A DNA stretch of 64,000 bases from Lingula anatina (Eukaryota > Animalia > Brachiopoda). The stretch lies in contig CM120646.1 of assembly GCA_051362555.1 (NCBI GenBank), positions 19,406,001-19,470,000 on the forward strand, in the 5' to 3' direction. The position numbers and the translations under genes were made by a program. This document shows positions 23,640 through 37,000 of this stretch, one piece after another; position 1 is the stretch's first letter; the number at the start of each line of letters is the position of its first letter. The notes under the pieces were generated by a model. That model was not told the origin of the DNA, did not search any database, and saw only the letters and a program-made list of their open reading frames with translations.

Positions 23640-24735
23640 TATGTCGGCAACCACTGCATAGAAGAATTTGAAATTTTGCATGCAAGCGGTCAGTTTTGCA
23701 GTGCGTAAGATGAGTCAAGTAGTGCATTACAAATTTGTTAATCTATGGCAGAATGGCGCGAAAAAGACAGACATTACCAGACAGATCATAGCGCCAAACG
23801 GAACGGTCCCCACAGTTTTATAGAGTAATGCCCAGACTGATGCACCTACACAGAGGTCACCCCCAATGTATCAAAATCTTACCTACAGGGTACAGGACCG
23901 ACTGTCTTTCGGGATACGCTGCTGCAACTAAACAAAAAACACTTAGTCCGTTCAGAACGAGGGGTAAATTGCCACCAAAATGCGTTTTTCAAAGCCCTTA
24001 GCGAACACCAAACTGGTTTTAGCAGGTAAGAACACCAAACGACCTCCGAGGCACCCACTGTAAACAGCAAAACATCGTCGTCTGTTTCTCTAATGAATTG
24101 GGGGCCATGGCCGTTTCTGGGTAGAACACTGAAACTGCGTGGCTTTCTTTATTGAGGTCAGATTTCACCTGTACCGCCCAATTAGTCAAAACAGAGTTTA
24201 CAGTTATCCAGAAGAGACCTACGACGAAGCATATGCCGGGTCTAAAGTGACAAGGGTGATTGACAGCGTCAGTATTTGGAGTGGATACCACATTGGTGCC
24301 AAAACACCAATGGTAGTCATCGACGAAAACCTGAACCAGATCAAATTAAGGAATAATCTCGGAACCACTTGACTATCATTTGATAGGGGGCACCTTAGGA
24401 ACGATTTTAGGTTGCACGGTGAGGTTGCAGGTTCACACAGAGCACTTTTAATAGCAGATAACTTACAGAACCAAGGGAATGAGCAGCTACCCTGGTCATC
24501 AAAATCGCCACATTTGAACCACATAGGCAATATTTCGGTAGGCCATTACTCGCCGAATCAACTGCCTACATGTTCTACAACAAAACTGGACCAAATTGGA
24601 CAATTTTAGACCGATGCCTAGAATATTATTCCCGATTGAACTCTAAAAACTTACCCCAAGGAATGCCTTGCTGCTTGAGAGAGCTGGCAACAGCCAGAAG
24701 AGGCCAGGCGTAACAGCGGCCATTCTTGTGACTAG
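23640..24735 (+). mobile_element. Degenerate Tc1/mariner transposase relic (ends approximate)
   Basis: FFIEVRFHL..NRVY..EETY matches F.DESRF.L..RVYRR.GERY; SVSIWSG..KTPMVVIDENLN and HRA....LPWSSKSPHLNHIGN match the SVMVWGG and WP..SPDLNPIE blocks. Stops and frameshifts are present. Confidence 0.85.
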
Positions 24736-26073
24736 CAATTGACGTGAGGGTCTTTTATGGAGCGTATAACTCTTTTACAGAAGATAATTTGGAAAATATG
24801 GAGATCCAAAATATCTCTTTTAATGGAAGTCGTATGGCATAGAATAGGCAATGTGTTTTTGTTTGCTTCTCTGGCGAATTCCATTAATGAATTGATGTCC
24901 CAATGACATCAAAGCGATAATTTAAAGTTATTAAAACACGATTTTAATCCTTATTTTCATTTATCAGTCAGCAAAATAGGAAAAAACCGATAAAAAATTA
25001 CTTGGAAAAAAATATTCCATATTAAATGTCAAGTCTGTAGTATGGGATCATCCTTGTTTGTAGGCTTTTCTGCGGTTTCCTTCCGTAGGCCTTGTGTGTC
25101 TGTTTGTTTATGATGCTGCCCAACCCTCTGAATGGTTCTCGTAGTTCCAACCTTCTGGCGATTCGGTGGGTCAAAACTTCCCCGTATGTCAACCGCTTGG
25201 TAAAAAATGTATCCCTTTCAGTCAAGAACTGTATGTTAAATTAATTGGTAATTGGGTATTTCAGTGGTCACTCTAGCAATGTCAATGTTTTGTTACTCAC
25301 ATCCCCAATTTACAGGATGATCGATCGTTGTTATGCAATAGTATAATTAAAACTATGGGTAGCCTTACAGCAATGTATACATGGATGCAGTAGAGGTGAT
25401 ACATTTTTGCTAGGGGAGTATACACGATATATACATAAACATATAATACTGTATAATATAAAATATATTTCTTGTACAGCGCATTTTCTTACATTTCAGT
25501 GTACTTAACAATTCTTATACATGTCTAAAGGAAGATTAAGAATTACAACACTAAAATATACTTACTTTAAAAAAATTGAAAACCGTTAATCATAAAAAAC
25601 TTTTCAAAAGATGTGTTTCAAGACAGATTTAAAGGCGGTCCTAATTAAAAAGGCAATTTCTTTCATTTAATCTGGATCAACCGAAAAAAATATTACAATA
25701 GTCAGGTTTTGAAGAAACAAAAGTATGTTGTAGATAATAGACATCCGTTTTGAAAAAGCATTTAAAAATTTAAAAGGACTTTTAAAAAATTGTATTGCCT
25801 TGACTATTATTTTTATGTCATAGCTACATGTACATGTCTACGATTATCAAGATACACCATAAGATTAAAAGAAAATCCAACAACAAACTTATTTGTGGCT
25901 GCTGAATATACCACATTTCCATACCTTTTTACATTATCGGATAGAATCATCTCTCTTGTTTTTTATAGGAAACTTGGTGTATACAGTGCGTGATACAAGC
26001 GTGGCTGTTTGTGACATTGCAACAGATAAAGTGCAGTTTTGATAAGATTTGATAACTTGCCAAGACGAAATGA

Positions 26074-26080
26074 TATAAAA
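26074..26080 (+). promoter_or_regulatory. Candidate TATA box of EGF gene D (also conserved before gene E at ~33937)
   Basis: TATAAAA inside a conserved block (caagacgaaa(a)tgatataaaa.cc) about 120 nt upstream of both start codons. Confidence 0.55.
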
Positions 26081-26195
26081 ACCGAAAGACAGTGGATACA
26101 ACAGACTCGTCGCAGATTTGAAGAAACAAGTGGACCGTAATCCTGCCGTCCTCATCCAAGGGACATTCAACATTGCTGAAATATTTTAATTGAAA

Positions 26196-29100
26196 ATGCC
26201 ATCTAGATTGTTAACTGTGTGTAGCTTGCTAGTCCTTGGTGAGTCAATATTTTATCTATTCGTAGGTTGTCTTCATAACACAATATTTGTTTTACTAATT
26301 ACTACAGTAAAAACAAATTTTAGGATTAAACACATCGAGCACTATTTATACGCCCTCCGCTCTGCTGAGGTGCTCCTCCTATTTAAGAGTACACTCGTCA
26401 AAAAATGGACATTTTAGTATGAAGTCAGTTTGCATTAGTTGAAATATGTATTATTCTTGCTAAAATAGTGATTTTTCTGTTTCAGGTTTGTACCAAATTC
26501 AAGCTTCGTGCGTAACGAGTGATCCAAATGTGTACTGCGGATTCAAAAATGTTTATCGTTGCGCCGTGTTTTGTTTTTGGCTTCCAACGTGTGTCTGCGC
26601 CTGTAAGTCTGGGCATTCTCTTCAAAACGGTCTATGCCTCGGTGAGTCCTTACCTGGCCAGCGGTGACCATAACGCCATTCCATCAGGGTGTTCGACACA
26701 CACGATCCTAGAGGCATGTTATACGCTTACAGGCAGGGGCGGATCCAGGATCATTTTAAGGGGTTCCGCGGATGCGAAGCCCCCCCCCCCCCCCTCGACT
26801 TGGCGTGGGGTTCGGGGCCCACTAAAGGGACCCGAAAATTTTTGGTATTTTAGAGGGCGAACGATATAATTTGGTACGGTTTAGGAGAGGGGACCAGAAA
26901 TTGAAGGGGGGGGGGGGTGAGGACCCCCCTGACCCCCTCTCTAAATCCGACAGGTCACCCAAACAGTTACAACGCATTTCCGTAAAACATCAACAACATC
27001 CCTAAAAATGCATTATCGCCAAAACAGTGTCTCGCCAATTTCGAAGTGGAGCTTTGCAGAATATACATGTACTGGCGCAGAAAATATGAAAAGTGGATAT
27101 TTTCAAACGCTAATAGTTTACCTTTAAAAATTTTAAATCAACACAAAATTTCACAATTTTAAACAAATGCGTCACACTTTTAGATATTCATCGGTTAAAA
27201 GTATGTTTTTTTAAACTTGCATTCTTAGCCTAAATAGATAGGGGGCAAGACGGGCAACTGAGGTGACAGATCGTGTTTTTCTTCTACTTAGTAATAGCTT
27301 AAGTACGAGGGGTGTACCGTGGTTCGTCACGCAAAATAAGAGTTAATGCATTGGAGTGGGTTTAGCATGCTTGTTTGTGCTATATCAGTGAAGTGTTTCT
27401 CATAGCTCATCTGACATACCTGTATACATGTAAGTTAAAGGGAAACACTACATTTTACCTATACAGGTCTTTTAAACTGAAATATTCCAGATTAAATATG
27501 TTTCATTCCAAACCGTGACTTAAGCAGCCAAAAAATATGATTTCTACAAAAAGAGACGAATAGACAAGCAGCTTACCAAAATATACCGTGCGAGTGAAGT
27601 CGGAGGGGTGGGGTTCAGATGTTTACCAATTATTCCCCATGTCATCCACTGTGTTAATAATTATTTAAGAAATGTAAAACTATATCAGATGGACTCTGCT
27701 TGCCTTATTATATAATGCACGTTCCAGACGAAGACGCCTGTTCACTACAACCGTGTCGTAATGGAGGCACATGTTCCCCGGATGGTTCTTCCGGTTTCTC
27801 CTGCACATGCTCCTTAGGATGGAGAGGCACCACGTGTACGACTGGTATGTGCAATGTCGAACTTATCGCCCATTTTTGTATTTTCTCTTTTATTTTTTTT
27901 CAACATTGATTTGGTAACGAAAATAGGTAGGATACTGAAATGACATTTGGCCCTGGAGAGGAGACAACTGAAATTTGGGGTAGTTGTCTGGCTCTGTTGT
28001 CAACTCTAAATAAGATAGACACTATCTGATGTCCAATTTTATTCACCGGAATCAATGACGGCAGAAATTATAAAGAAGTATGTTGTACAAACAGATTAAA
28101 CAGAAGAATATTATATAGAATACAGAACTAACAAATAATGTCAAATGTGATATAAACATACAAACAAACTGAAAGAAATAGTCAAATTTACCTCAGATAT
28201 AAAAGTCCTGTCTAACTCCTATGAGGAGTGGTGAGTGAATGACTATGAACAATGTATGTGAGTGGAGAGATCACATGTTCACGAGATAATTGTCTACCCG
28301 TGCTCTTGGAATGAAATAGCCCTTGGCTGCATTTTAATGAGAGCACCTTATTACTGGACTTTACCCAGCCATTATTCTCTAAACTCCTTTGATTTGCCAA
28401 AACTATGTCGATTCGATATTTGTAATGATCCCTCATACACGTACACAGATTTTAACCGATATTGTTTCAGTTGATCTTCAAGAGGCCAATGCTGTATGTT
28501 CATGCAGTGAATACGGATGGTTGCGTACGTCAGTCGGGTTTTATTATAGAGGTTGTGTCGCTGCCAGCTGTACTTGTAGTGTAGGTTTTGAAGATGTGGA
28601 TGGAGAATGTAAAGGTACGTTGATAATCATGTTTATAGGGGTTATTTTTATTAGATTATATTAATGTTTAAAAGGGTAGTATTCTTTCATTAAGTCCCCC
28701 AAATATTTTTTGTCATAGATGGAGGTATACTTTGAGCTTATGCAACTAAAAAGACGGGCGCCAAAATTATTGCTGAAGGGTAAATTGGTATTGACCAAGT
28801 CCTAGTTTTGTTATTCAATATTTGAATATAAAACACTTTGCTATAAGGGATCATTTTTAATTTTTTGTCTTCATTATTTATAATTGAAAATAAATAAACA
28901 TTTCACAAATGTGACAAAAATAAAAAATGTCAAAAATGTAATATTGCAACCTTTGCTTTTAGAAGTGTTAATAAAAATCAAAATTGATTAACAAAACACA
29001 AATATTCGGATGCCTAAAGGTATCAGGTGACATAAAAGGTAAGTTCTGCAAATAATAATATTTGTTTCTGATTTTAAGATCTGCGGATCAAATATCACGG

Positions 29101-31672
29101 AACGGCCTTTTCGAGAATTTAATTACAATTTGTTCATGCAGTTTTTTAATGCATCTTATCTGCTCCATTTTCAGCTCAACATACAGCACCATGTCGTAAG
29201 TATAACATCACATTTAGCATAATGTGATTTTTTATTTCTTTCCTGTAGATTAACTTTTATCTCAGTCTGTTATTTGTGTATCAGCTTAAGTTGTTTGTCA
29301 CTATGTTATTTTTTACCTTGGGTCTATTCTAAAACAAAATTTGGCCTACTCATTAGTATTAACGTATTACTTTTAAGACAAGTAAAATTATATAACATCA
29401 TTAATAACATTTGTAAATTGAATTGAATGGAATATAAGTAATAATGTTTATAGTTTTAAACCCAATAAACGTTAGGACAACTGAAAATCCATTTACGGCA
29501 AATAATTGACAGTAATATGACAAAGACATAAAAACTGAAAAGGGGCGAAATTTCAAACGTTTATATTTGAAGGACATTAAACTATTGTAAAACATCGATT
29601 TCATCAAGTGTGCATTTTCGATAATTCATAGCTCAGAAAATTGTGGAAGAATATGTTTGTGGTAAAGAATTTCAATTTTGGCTAAATTAGTAATGGCAAG
29701 GGAGCCTCCCATAAATTGGGATCCCTCATCCTCTGCTGGGTATCTTACGTAATATCCTACATTTTAAAGTGCTCTTCGTTTATAATATCCCTTCTACCAG
29801 ATATGAATAATTAACCTCTTAATATCTGAATTAGATTAATTTCTTTATTCTGTGAGCTGAGAATAGGGTTACTTAAAATGTACATCATGTTAGTAAGAAT
29901 GTTTTTTTTTTTTATTTTAAGATCTTCTGATCAGACATCACGGAATGACTTCACCTGAATATTGTTACGGTTATTTCATGCAAATTTTCTAATGCCTCTT
30001 ATCTGTTCTTTTTTTTTTTCAGCTGAACTTACAACATCATGCCGTAAGTATGACATCACATTAAGCATGAAGTGATGTTTTATTTCCCGTCTGAAGATGA
30101 GCTTTTATCTCGATCTGTTGGTTTGTGTATCAGCTTAAACTATATGTAGATATGATATTCTATACCGTGGGTTTCTTCTAAAACAAAATGTATGCATTCT
30201 GAAGACCCATTTGGTCTACTCATCAAACAAAAACAAAATACACACACTGGACAACAGAAGTGCCACCCCCTGAATCAGAGTAATCAAAGTTATAATGCCT
30301 GGTCTACTTATAATGTGACTGATGAGTATAAAACTGCTGTACCATGGGATTGTATTGTTGGTCTTTTTGTGAAATTTGATGTTAATAAAATGATACCAGG
30401 AGCATATCATTCCACAGTCATTTATCTCCCCCATAGTATTGGTTCAGTAGGGGTGACACTTCTATTGTCAATGTGTGTACATTTAAGACATATTCAGTTA
30501 TATAACATCCTTATAAACTTTTGGAAATAAAATTGAATGGAACATCAGTGTTTAGTTTTATAGTTTCAACCCAGTGAAAGACTAGGAAAACACATTTACA
30601 GCATTTAATTAACAGAAATATAACAAAGACCTAAAAACCGACAAGGGACTTACTTTCAAATGTACATATTTAAAGAAGATTAAACGACTGTATTACATCG
30701 GATTCACCAAGTGTGCATTTTGATAATTCATAGCTCAAAAATTGTAGAAGAATATGCTGATTCAGAAGAATTTCAATTTTGGTTGAATTAGTTATGGCTC
30801 TAAATGGTAATTGGTAAGGGGGCCTCCCATATACTGGAACCCTTTACCCTTGGTGCTGGTGACTGGTGTATCTTAATATCCCACATTCTACTGTAATCTT
30901 CGTTTACAATATGCCTTCTTCCAAATACGACATGATTAAATAGCAAATATTTGGATAAGTTTCCTTTCTCTAATATGTGGTTCGGGATTAAGCCTAGTTA
31001 TGTTGTACTTCAGAATTAAGTAAATTCTTTTTCAATTTGTTATCCAGTGCTTGAAAAGAAAGAGGTCATAGACCTTGCAGATTAAAGTTGTACATCATGC
31101 AACTGGTTTGTATCCATTTTAAAGAGAGAGTGAAAAATAAAAAAGTGTAATATAAGACCATTTTAGGTCAAAACGCTGCTTATGTTGTGTTTTCCTTAGT
31201 TTTAAATACATATACTATTTACATTTTTTTTTGTACGTGAAAGTGAAATGTTTGATTAAATTAAATATTTTTACTTACAGCGGATCTCCAACCAGTCATG
31301 TGTGATGGCACAACTTACACATATTCCAACAGTTATCAATTCGTCTCAGTGAACCTGGCACCGTTGCGATACTACATTAGTTACCCAGGGCTTAACGATA
31401 TCATTATATCCATATGTAACGCCGCCAACTACGACACAAAACTTGCCCTATTTGGCTGCGAAGCGATACCTTTTATTGAATCCGGTGGTAGTCAGATATG
31501 CAACATCCCCCAAGTCCAAAATGTGGGATACAATGACGATGGACCTGGCTGTGCCGGTTTCACCTCTTTGCTCGATATTCCTCAAGGTGATTTACCCAGT
31601 GGGGAATATGCCATTGGTGTATACGGGTTCGCTACTGCCGAAGGGGACTTTACTGTGACTATCTCTTGTTAG
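26196..31672 (+). CDS. Secreted EGF-domain protein D with C-terminal PPC-like beta-sandwich domain; exons 26196-26238, 26486-26641, 27728-27844, 28471-28614, 29175-29195, 30023-30043, 31281-31672
   Basis: All introns are phase 1. Signal MPSRLLTVCSLLVLGLYQIQA; an 8-Cys module; canonical EGF (DACSLQPCRNGGTCSPDGSSGFSCTCSLGWRGTTC); a 6-Cys module; two 21-nt micro-exons; then an intronless ~130-aa domain (ISIC..NYDTKLALF..YNDDGPGC..S..GEYAIGVYGF..AEGDFTVTISC*). Confidence 0.85.
29065..30940 (+). repeat. Intronic tandem duplication (~850 bp unit), each unit carrying a 21-nt micro-exon
   Basis: 29065-29830 aligns with 29910-30940 (for example attttaagatct, caagtgtgcatttt, gataattcatagctca, gcctcccata). 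Confidence 0.85.
30241..30477. mobile_element. Tc1/mariner-type MITE with TA target site
   Basis: TA|CACACACTGGACAACAGAAGTGCCACCCC ... GGGGTGACACTTCTATTGTCAATGTGTG|TA. It is absent from the equivalent position (~29365) of the sister tandem unit. Confidence 0.85.
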
Positions 31673-32747
31673 AGATATTAATAATTTGAACTGTTGGACA
31701 GATCTTGGTTATGGATATTGAAGTTTTATAACCAGATTTATTCCACATTGCTTGATGTTCGGTAAAAACCGATGCATTCACAGATTTAGCTGCGAGTAAA
31801 AATGTTCAGGCTAACATGAAGCTAATCTTTTCATTTATTGTGAATGAAATTGTATGTCAATTTTGAAGTTGTGTGACAAACTTTAATTGGAAAAAAGCGA
31901 AAGAAGCGCTTCAAATTGATTAAATAATAAAAGCAAAGAAAATTGTGTTCAAATTTCTTTTTCATATATTTCAAAGAACTGTGTTTAACTTATGATAAAC
32001 TCGCAAGCATGTCAATAATTTGTATCAATTACGGTTAACAACTTTACTGGTACATCAGTCTGGTCTTTATGTTAATATTTTTGTGAATACACCAATGTCT
32101 GTCATAAAGTGACACACTGTGAAATGGTGCCGAGAAGGATTTCGGGTTCCTTTCAACCAGATGCACATATTTACTTAGCACAGCCCCTTTCCCAAAGTTT
32201 GACCACCCCCAGATTACATTTGCAGGTACCAAGGTTTGAATATTACACAAAGGAGATAGTTGACAAGGGTTTTCTACTCACACATGACAGATATGAAACC
32301 ACAAAATAAAGAAAGGCTAAATGAATAATTTAATACCGACCGACGCTAAAATATTATGGTCTGATCTATCAACAATATAGATAAGCTTGCGTGCACTTTG
32401 TTATAGCTCGCACCACCGACTAGGTGAACTAGACGGGAAAATTGCGTAACGCACCCGTGATTGCAAGAGCTTTTTGAAATCATTAGATCATATACATTAT
32501 AATGTCATATCAAGATACCATCGCAAATCTATTACTTTCACCAACTTGCGTGAAGGCTGGGGCTGTCTTGATTGTGCCCAATGTTAAAACGTCTCTGATA
32601 GTTCACAAACAAGAATGATAATAAGAAACATATTCTGTTCAGGTCACACTCGGCTGTGTCACCTTGATTTGACAGACTGTCTCTACGGACATCATCAGAA
32701 CATCTCAAATCAAAACTAACGATTAATGGGTGATTTTTTTTTTTTAC

Positions 32748-32757
<10 letters not shown>

Positions 32758-32806
<49 letters not shown>
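32758..32806. repeat. (GA)n microsatellite
   Basis: Direct dinucleotide run. Confidence 0.95.
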
Positions 32807-32807
<1 letters not shown>

Positions 32808-33737
32808 GTCCCAGACACGCTCCAATCTCTTAGCTGAGCCATGCTGTATAAGAAACTAAAAAAGCACGTCCCCTGCGTCATAGGCATTTCAAACCTAAGA
32901 TGAACATCTTCAAATGCGACTTGGCAGTTTTCTCCTCTATATCTCCGCGAATAATCCTTTACCGTTTACACAACGGAACAATGAACGGCGTAGTCTCTTT
33001 TTTCTGCTCGAACCGTGCGTTAAATCAGATAAAGCAGCCGTCTTTTTACTCAAAATGGAGGAGATAATTAAATAAGGTCATGTAAGAACGTCTGTTGCAT
33101 CTTTTTTAACTAAGACGGTTTCTAAGCTTTGTGTAATCATCAGCCTCATCAGGAGCTGGTTTCCATGGCTTCGAGGACGGAAGCCTTCCTTATCTCAGGC
33201 AATGGCAACTTGAAATGCTCACTCCAGGCACTGTTGATCAATCACGTGCTGTGCGACTGGCTTGGGCAGTCCTGCACGCGCAGAAACCTTTGTCAATGAT
33301 TCGCGCTCAACAGCAACCGAGAAACTGGTTACCTATTGCAATTGACGCAATGCAGAATAGTTAAATACCCCGAGAAATGAGTTCATTCCCTGCTAGGTAT
33401 ATGCTTGTAGAAGGACAAAATAATTATAAATAAGAAAGACAAGTTTGTAGAATAACTTTACCGTCTATCGATATTTCTGTCAGGTGTCCTCAGATCAGTT
33501 ATTCAATAACCGATCCACACGCGTACCATGTTGACCAATCGACTGGTTCATCAATAACCGCATAAATCGTTGTTTGTAAGTGGATTCAAGTCAACCGATT
33601 TTATCGGTATATAGGGTCAATGACCGATTTGTTTTTAGAGTGTAAGATGAGAAGTATTTAATAAAGATACACCATACGATAAAGACAAGACTGCCACATC
33701 AAAACTGTTTATGGTCACTGAATACCAAATTTGCATA

Positions 33738-33788
<51 letters not shown>

Positions 33789-34061
33789 GAATATAAGTTG
33801 TCTAAAGCATCTTTCTTGTTGTCATGTGCAACTTTATTGGTTAATTTTAGGGCGTGATACGGGTGAAGGTACATGTACTTGAAACGTCGCAAAAGAAAGA
33901 GTGCACTTCTGATAAGATTTGGCAAGACGAAAATGATATAAAACCCTAAACGACACCGGCCGAAACAGATTCCACTTAGATTCGAAGAAGCAAGTGGACC
34001 ATAATCTCCCCTGTTGGTCATCATAAGGACCTTCAATATTGCTGGGTATTTTAGATCGAAA

Positions 34062-37000
34062 ATGTCATCAATATTGTTGGTGTGTATCCTGCTAGTATTT
34101 GGTGAGCCAATTTTTTTCTATTCATCAGTTGATGTCTTCATAATGCAATATGTGTTTCAATTTTCAAGCAACAAAATTTGAAGTTAAAAAAAAGTCTAAC
34201 ATACTTGCTGTGTATCTTGTAATCATAAATTCCTATTCTGTTTATATGTCTTCCCCTCTGTTCCCTCTATCTAAGCAAACTGCTAAAATGGACAATTTAG
34301 TCTTCAGTAAGTTGCATCAGATGGAATACTTATCATTCTTGCAAAAATGATGACTGTCTGTTTCAGGTTTGTGCCAGATTCAAGCGTCGTGCGTTACAAA
34401 CGACCCAAATGCGTACTGCACATTCAGACCAGCTTTTCGTTGCAACGTTTTTTGTTCCTTCTTGCCAACGTGTGTCTGCGCCTGTAGGACTGGATATACT
34501 CTTCAAAACGGTCTATGCCTCGGTGAGTACTTGCCTGGCCAGAGGTGGTCATAGCTTTATGCCATCAGGGTGATCGACCCACATGGACTTAGGTGCATGT
34601 TTTTCACTCAACGGGTCACTCAGACAGTTACAAGGCCAACCAAATTTATCTTGCCCAGATTTTATTTGGCCATTTCGGGTTGATTTGTTCGTATGCACCA
34701 GTGTAAACTAGGATCCAACATTGTTTGCTCTAAGGCTGAGATGTCAGTGCGGACAGCCGATTATCGATGTTTCGGTTTCAGAATTGAGTTGTGATAGGAT
34801 TTTTTAATGTGTTTAAAACATATTTTGAAATTAGATAAACTGTGCGTGCCAGGATTTTACATTGTATTCATACATATATGTTTCTATCCCAGGGAAGCCT
34901 TAATTTCTTTTGCTATTGGTAATATATTGAGATTACATTTTAGTATTCATCAGAGAGTTGATTGATAAACTTGTTTCAATCGAAAAATTAGCAATTTTAT
35001 CATATTCGCTTATCATTGTTCTACCCATTCCCGCACTTGGGCTAGATGCTGAGAGGCATTGTGATTTAATTATTTCAAATTAATTTAGTTTTAAATGACT
35101 GGCTTTAATTTAGACCGTCCTGTCAGCCTTCCCGTGCATTTCAGAGGGAAATATAGCCAATAAATAAAGCACTTTTATCTGAGAGCTTTCATTGATTTTG
35201 ATGTCTGAATTGGGAATGATTTGAGCCTTTGCAAGATATGTACATGTACATGTATACATAAAAATAGGACTTCAGGGCAAACGCAAATAAAAGTATTACA
35301 ACAATACATATTACCGCAGTTTGAAAAGAGTACGCCACGCGGTTTGATATTTTCATCGGTTCCGTCGGATAGTTCTTTGATTTACATTCTAACACATATT
35401 ATACGTGAAGTACGAGATGTGTCACTTTATGCTAAATAGAGGAGAAAATTGGTGGGCAAACAGTGTCCTTGGGTGTAGATCAGGCTCGTGGCTGGTACCG
35501 TGCGGGTACTAACTAGCCGAATCGTCAATGTAGATGAAAACATCATCATCACCGCCATCTCAGCTCGTCACGGCGCTGCTGACACATGGCCTTGGAAGAC
35601 CTCGCCACACTTTGCATGTTGTCATGGCCTGGGGTTGACCGGTAACTCGTCACGCTGGTTCAGTGCGTGTCGGTGAGTGCCCAATGACCGATTGCTGTAG
35701 TAGCATCAGGGCTATGCGGCAGAATGCACAAGGTGATATTTTACTCGTGACAGGGGGAATGGCCCATGGAATATGTGATGTAAAAGAGTTTAAAACCGCG
35801 AAGGAACAGTGTTCAACCTTTTTTTTCTCTCAAACCGTGACTTAAGCAGGCAAATAATCTGATGCTGACACCAGATAGGAGAGGTGATCAACAAACAGAT
35901 TAGCAGAATATACCACTAAAAAGTACAAATGGAGGGTAGAGTTTAGGGCACAGTGTCATGATGGTTAAAATTGTTTTATAGAAAGTGTTAAACAGCCGGC
36001 TAGTTAACTGGTCATTGTTTAACTAGAAAAAATATTTAAAGGTCAGTTAATGTTTATGAAACACAATTTCAACCATCGCTTAGTTAATGGGTATGTCATA
36101 CTGTTAGGAGAATTTATCTACTGGTTAGGCTTATATACTGGTTAGTGCTAAACATCCTTTATGAAACTGGGCCAGATGTTTGCTTGTTGATAAATACTAT
36201 AGAAATATATACCTTATACATCTGAAAGATTCTGCTTGCCTAATAAATTACATAATCATTTTCTAGACGGAGACGCCTGTTCGCTACTACCTTGTCGTAA
36301 TGGAGGCACATGTTCCCCGGATGGTTCTTCCGGCTTCACCTGCACATGCTCCTTAGGATGGACAGGCACCACGTGTACGACTGGTATGTGCGATATCGAT
36401 CTAGTCGTCCATTCATGCTATATAGTTTTCTTATTTTCTGTCAACATTGATTTGGTAACGTAAATAGTAGAATACTGCAAAGATATATGACCCTGGAGAA
36501 GAAACAATCTAAACTTGGGGTAGTTATCTGGCTCTGTTGCCCAGTCCTTTGATTTGCAGAAACTATGGCGATGTTTGTGATGAACCTTCGTACAGTAGAA
36601 TGTATCTGATATTGTTTCAGTTGATCTTCAAGAGGCCAATGCTGCATGTTCTTGCAGTGAAAGCGGATGGTTGCGTACGCCGTTTGGGTTGTATTATAGA
36701 GGTTGTGTCGCTGCCAGCTGTTCTTGTAGTGTAGGTTTTGAGGATGTGGATGGAGAATGCGTAGGTACGTTGATCATCATGTTTATTGTAGTTGCCTTCC
36801 TACTCAATGTTAGATTATATTAATGCTAAAAAATACATTGATTTTTTTCAACGAATGCCCCAAACATTCGGCCAGTGGTAGATGTGTGTCGAAAGAATTT
36901 TAGACGTGAAATGCATTTCGGTCATTTTTGTTACAGGTGTTTTTATAAACACCTTTATATAAGCCTATATCTGCACGTCCACGATACTGGGTAACAACAA

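Noticed and set aside
29079-29122. Alternative acceptor giving a short stop-containing exon in gene D
   Set aside because: The reading frame is not conserved in the duplicated unit at ~29922, whereas the 21-nt micro-exons are.
33635-34036. 133-aa ORF with poly-Lys, and similar low-complexity ORFs at 5735, 7885, 32538, 40604, 49854 and 60515
   Set aside because: They are translations of poly-T tracts or microsatellites.
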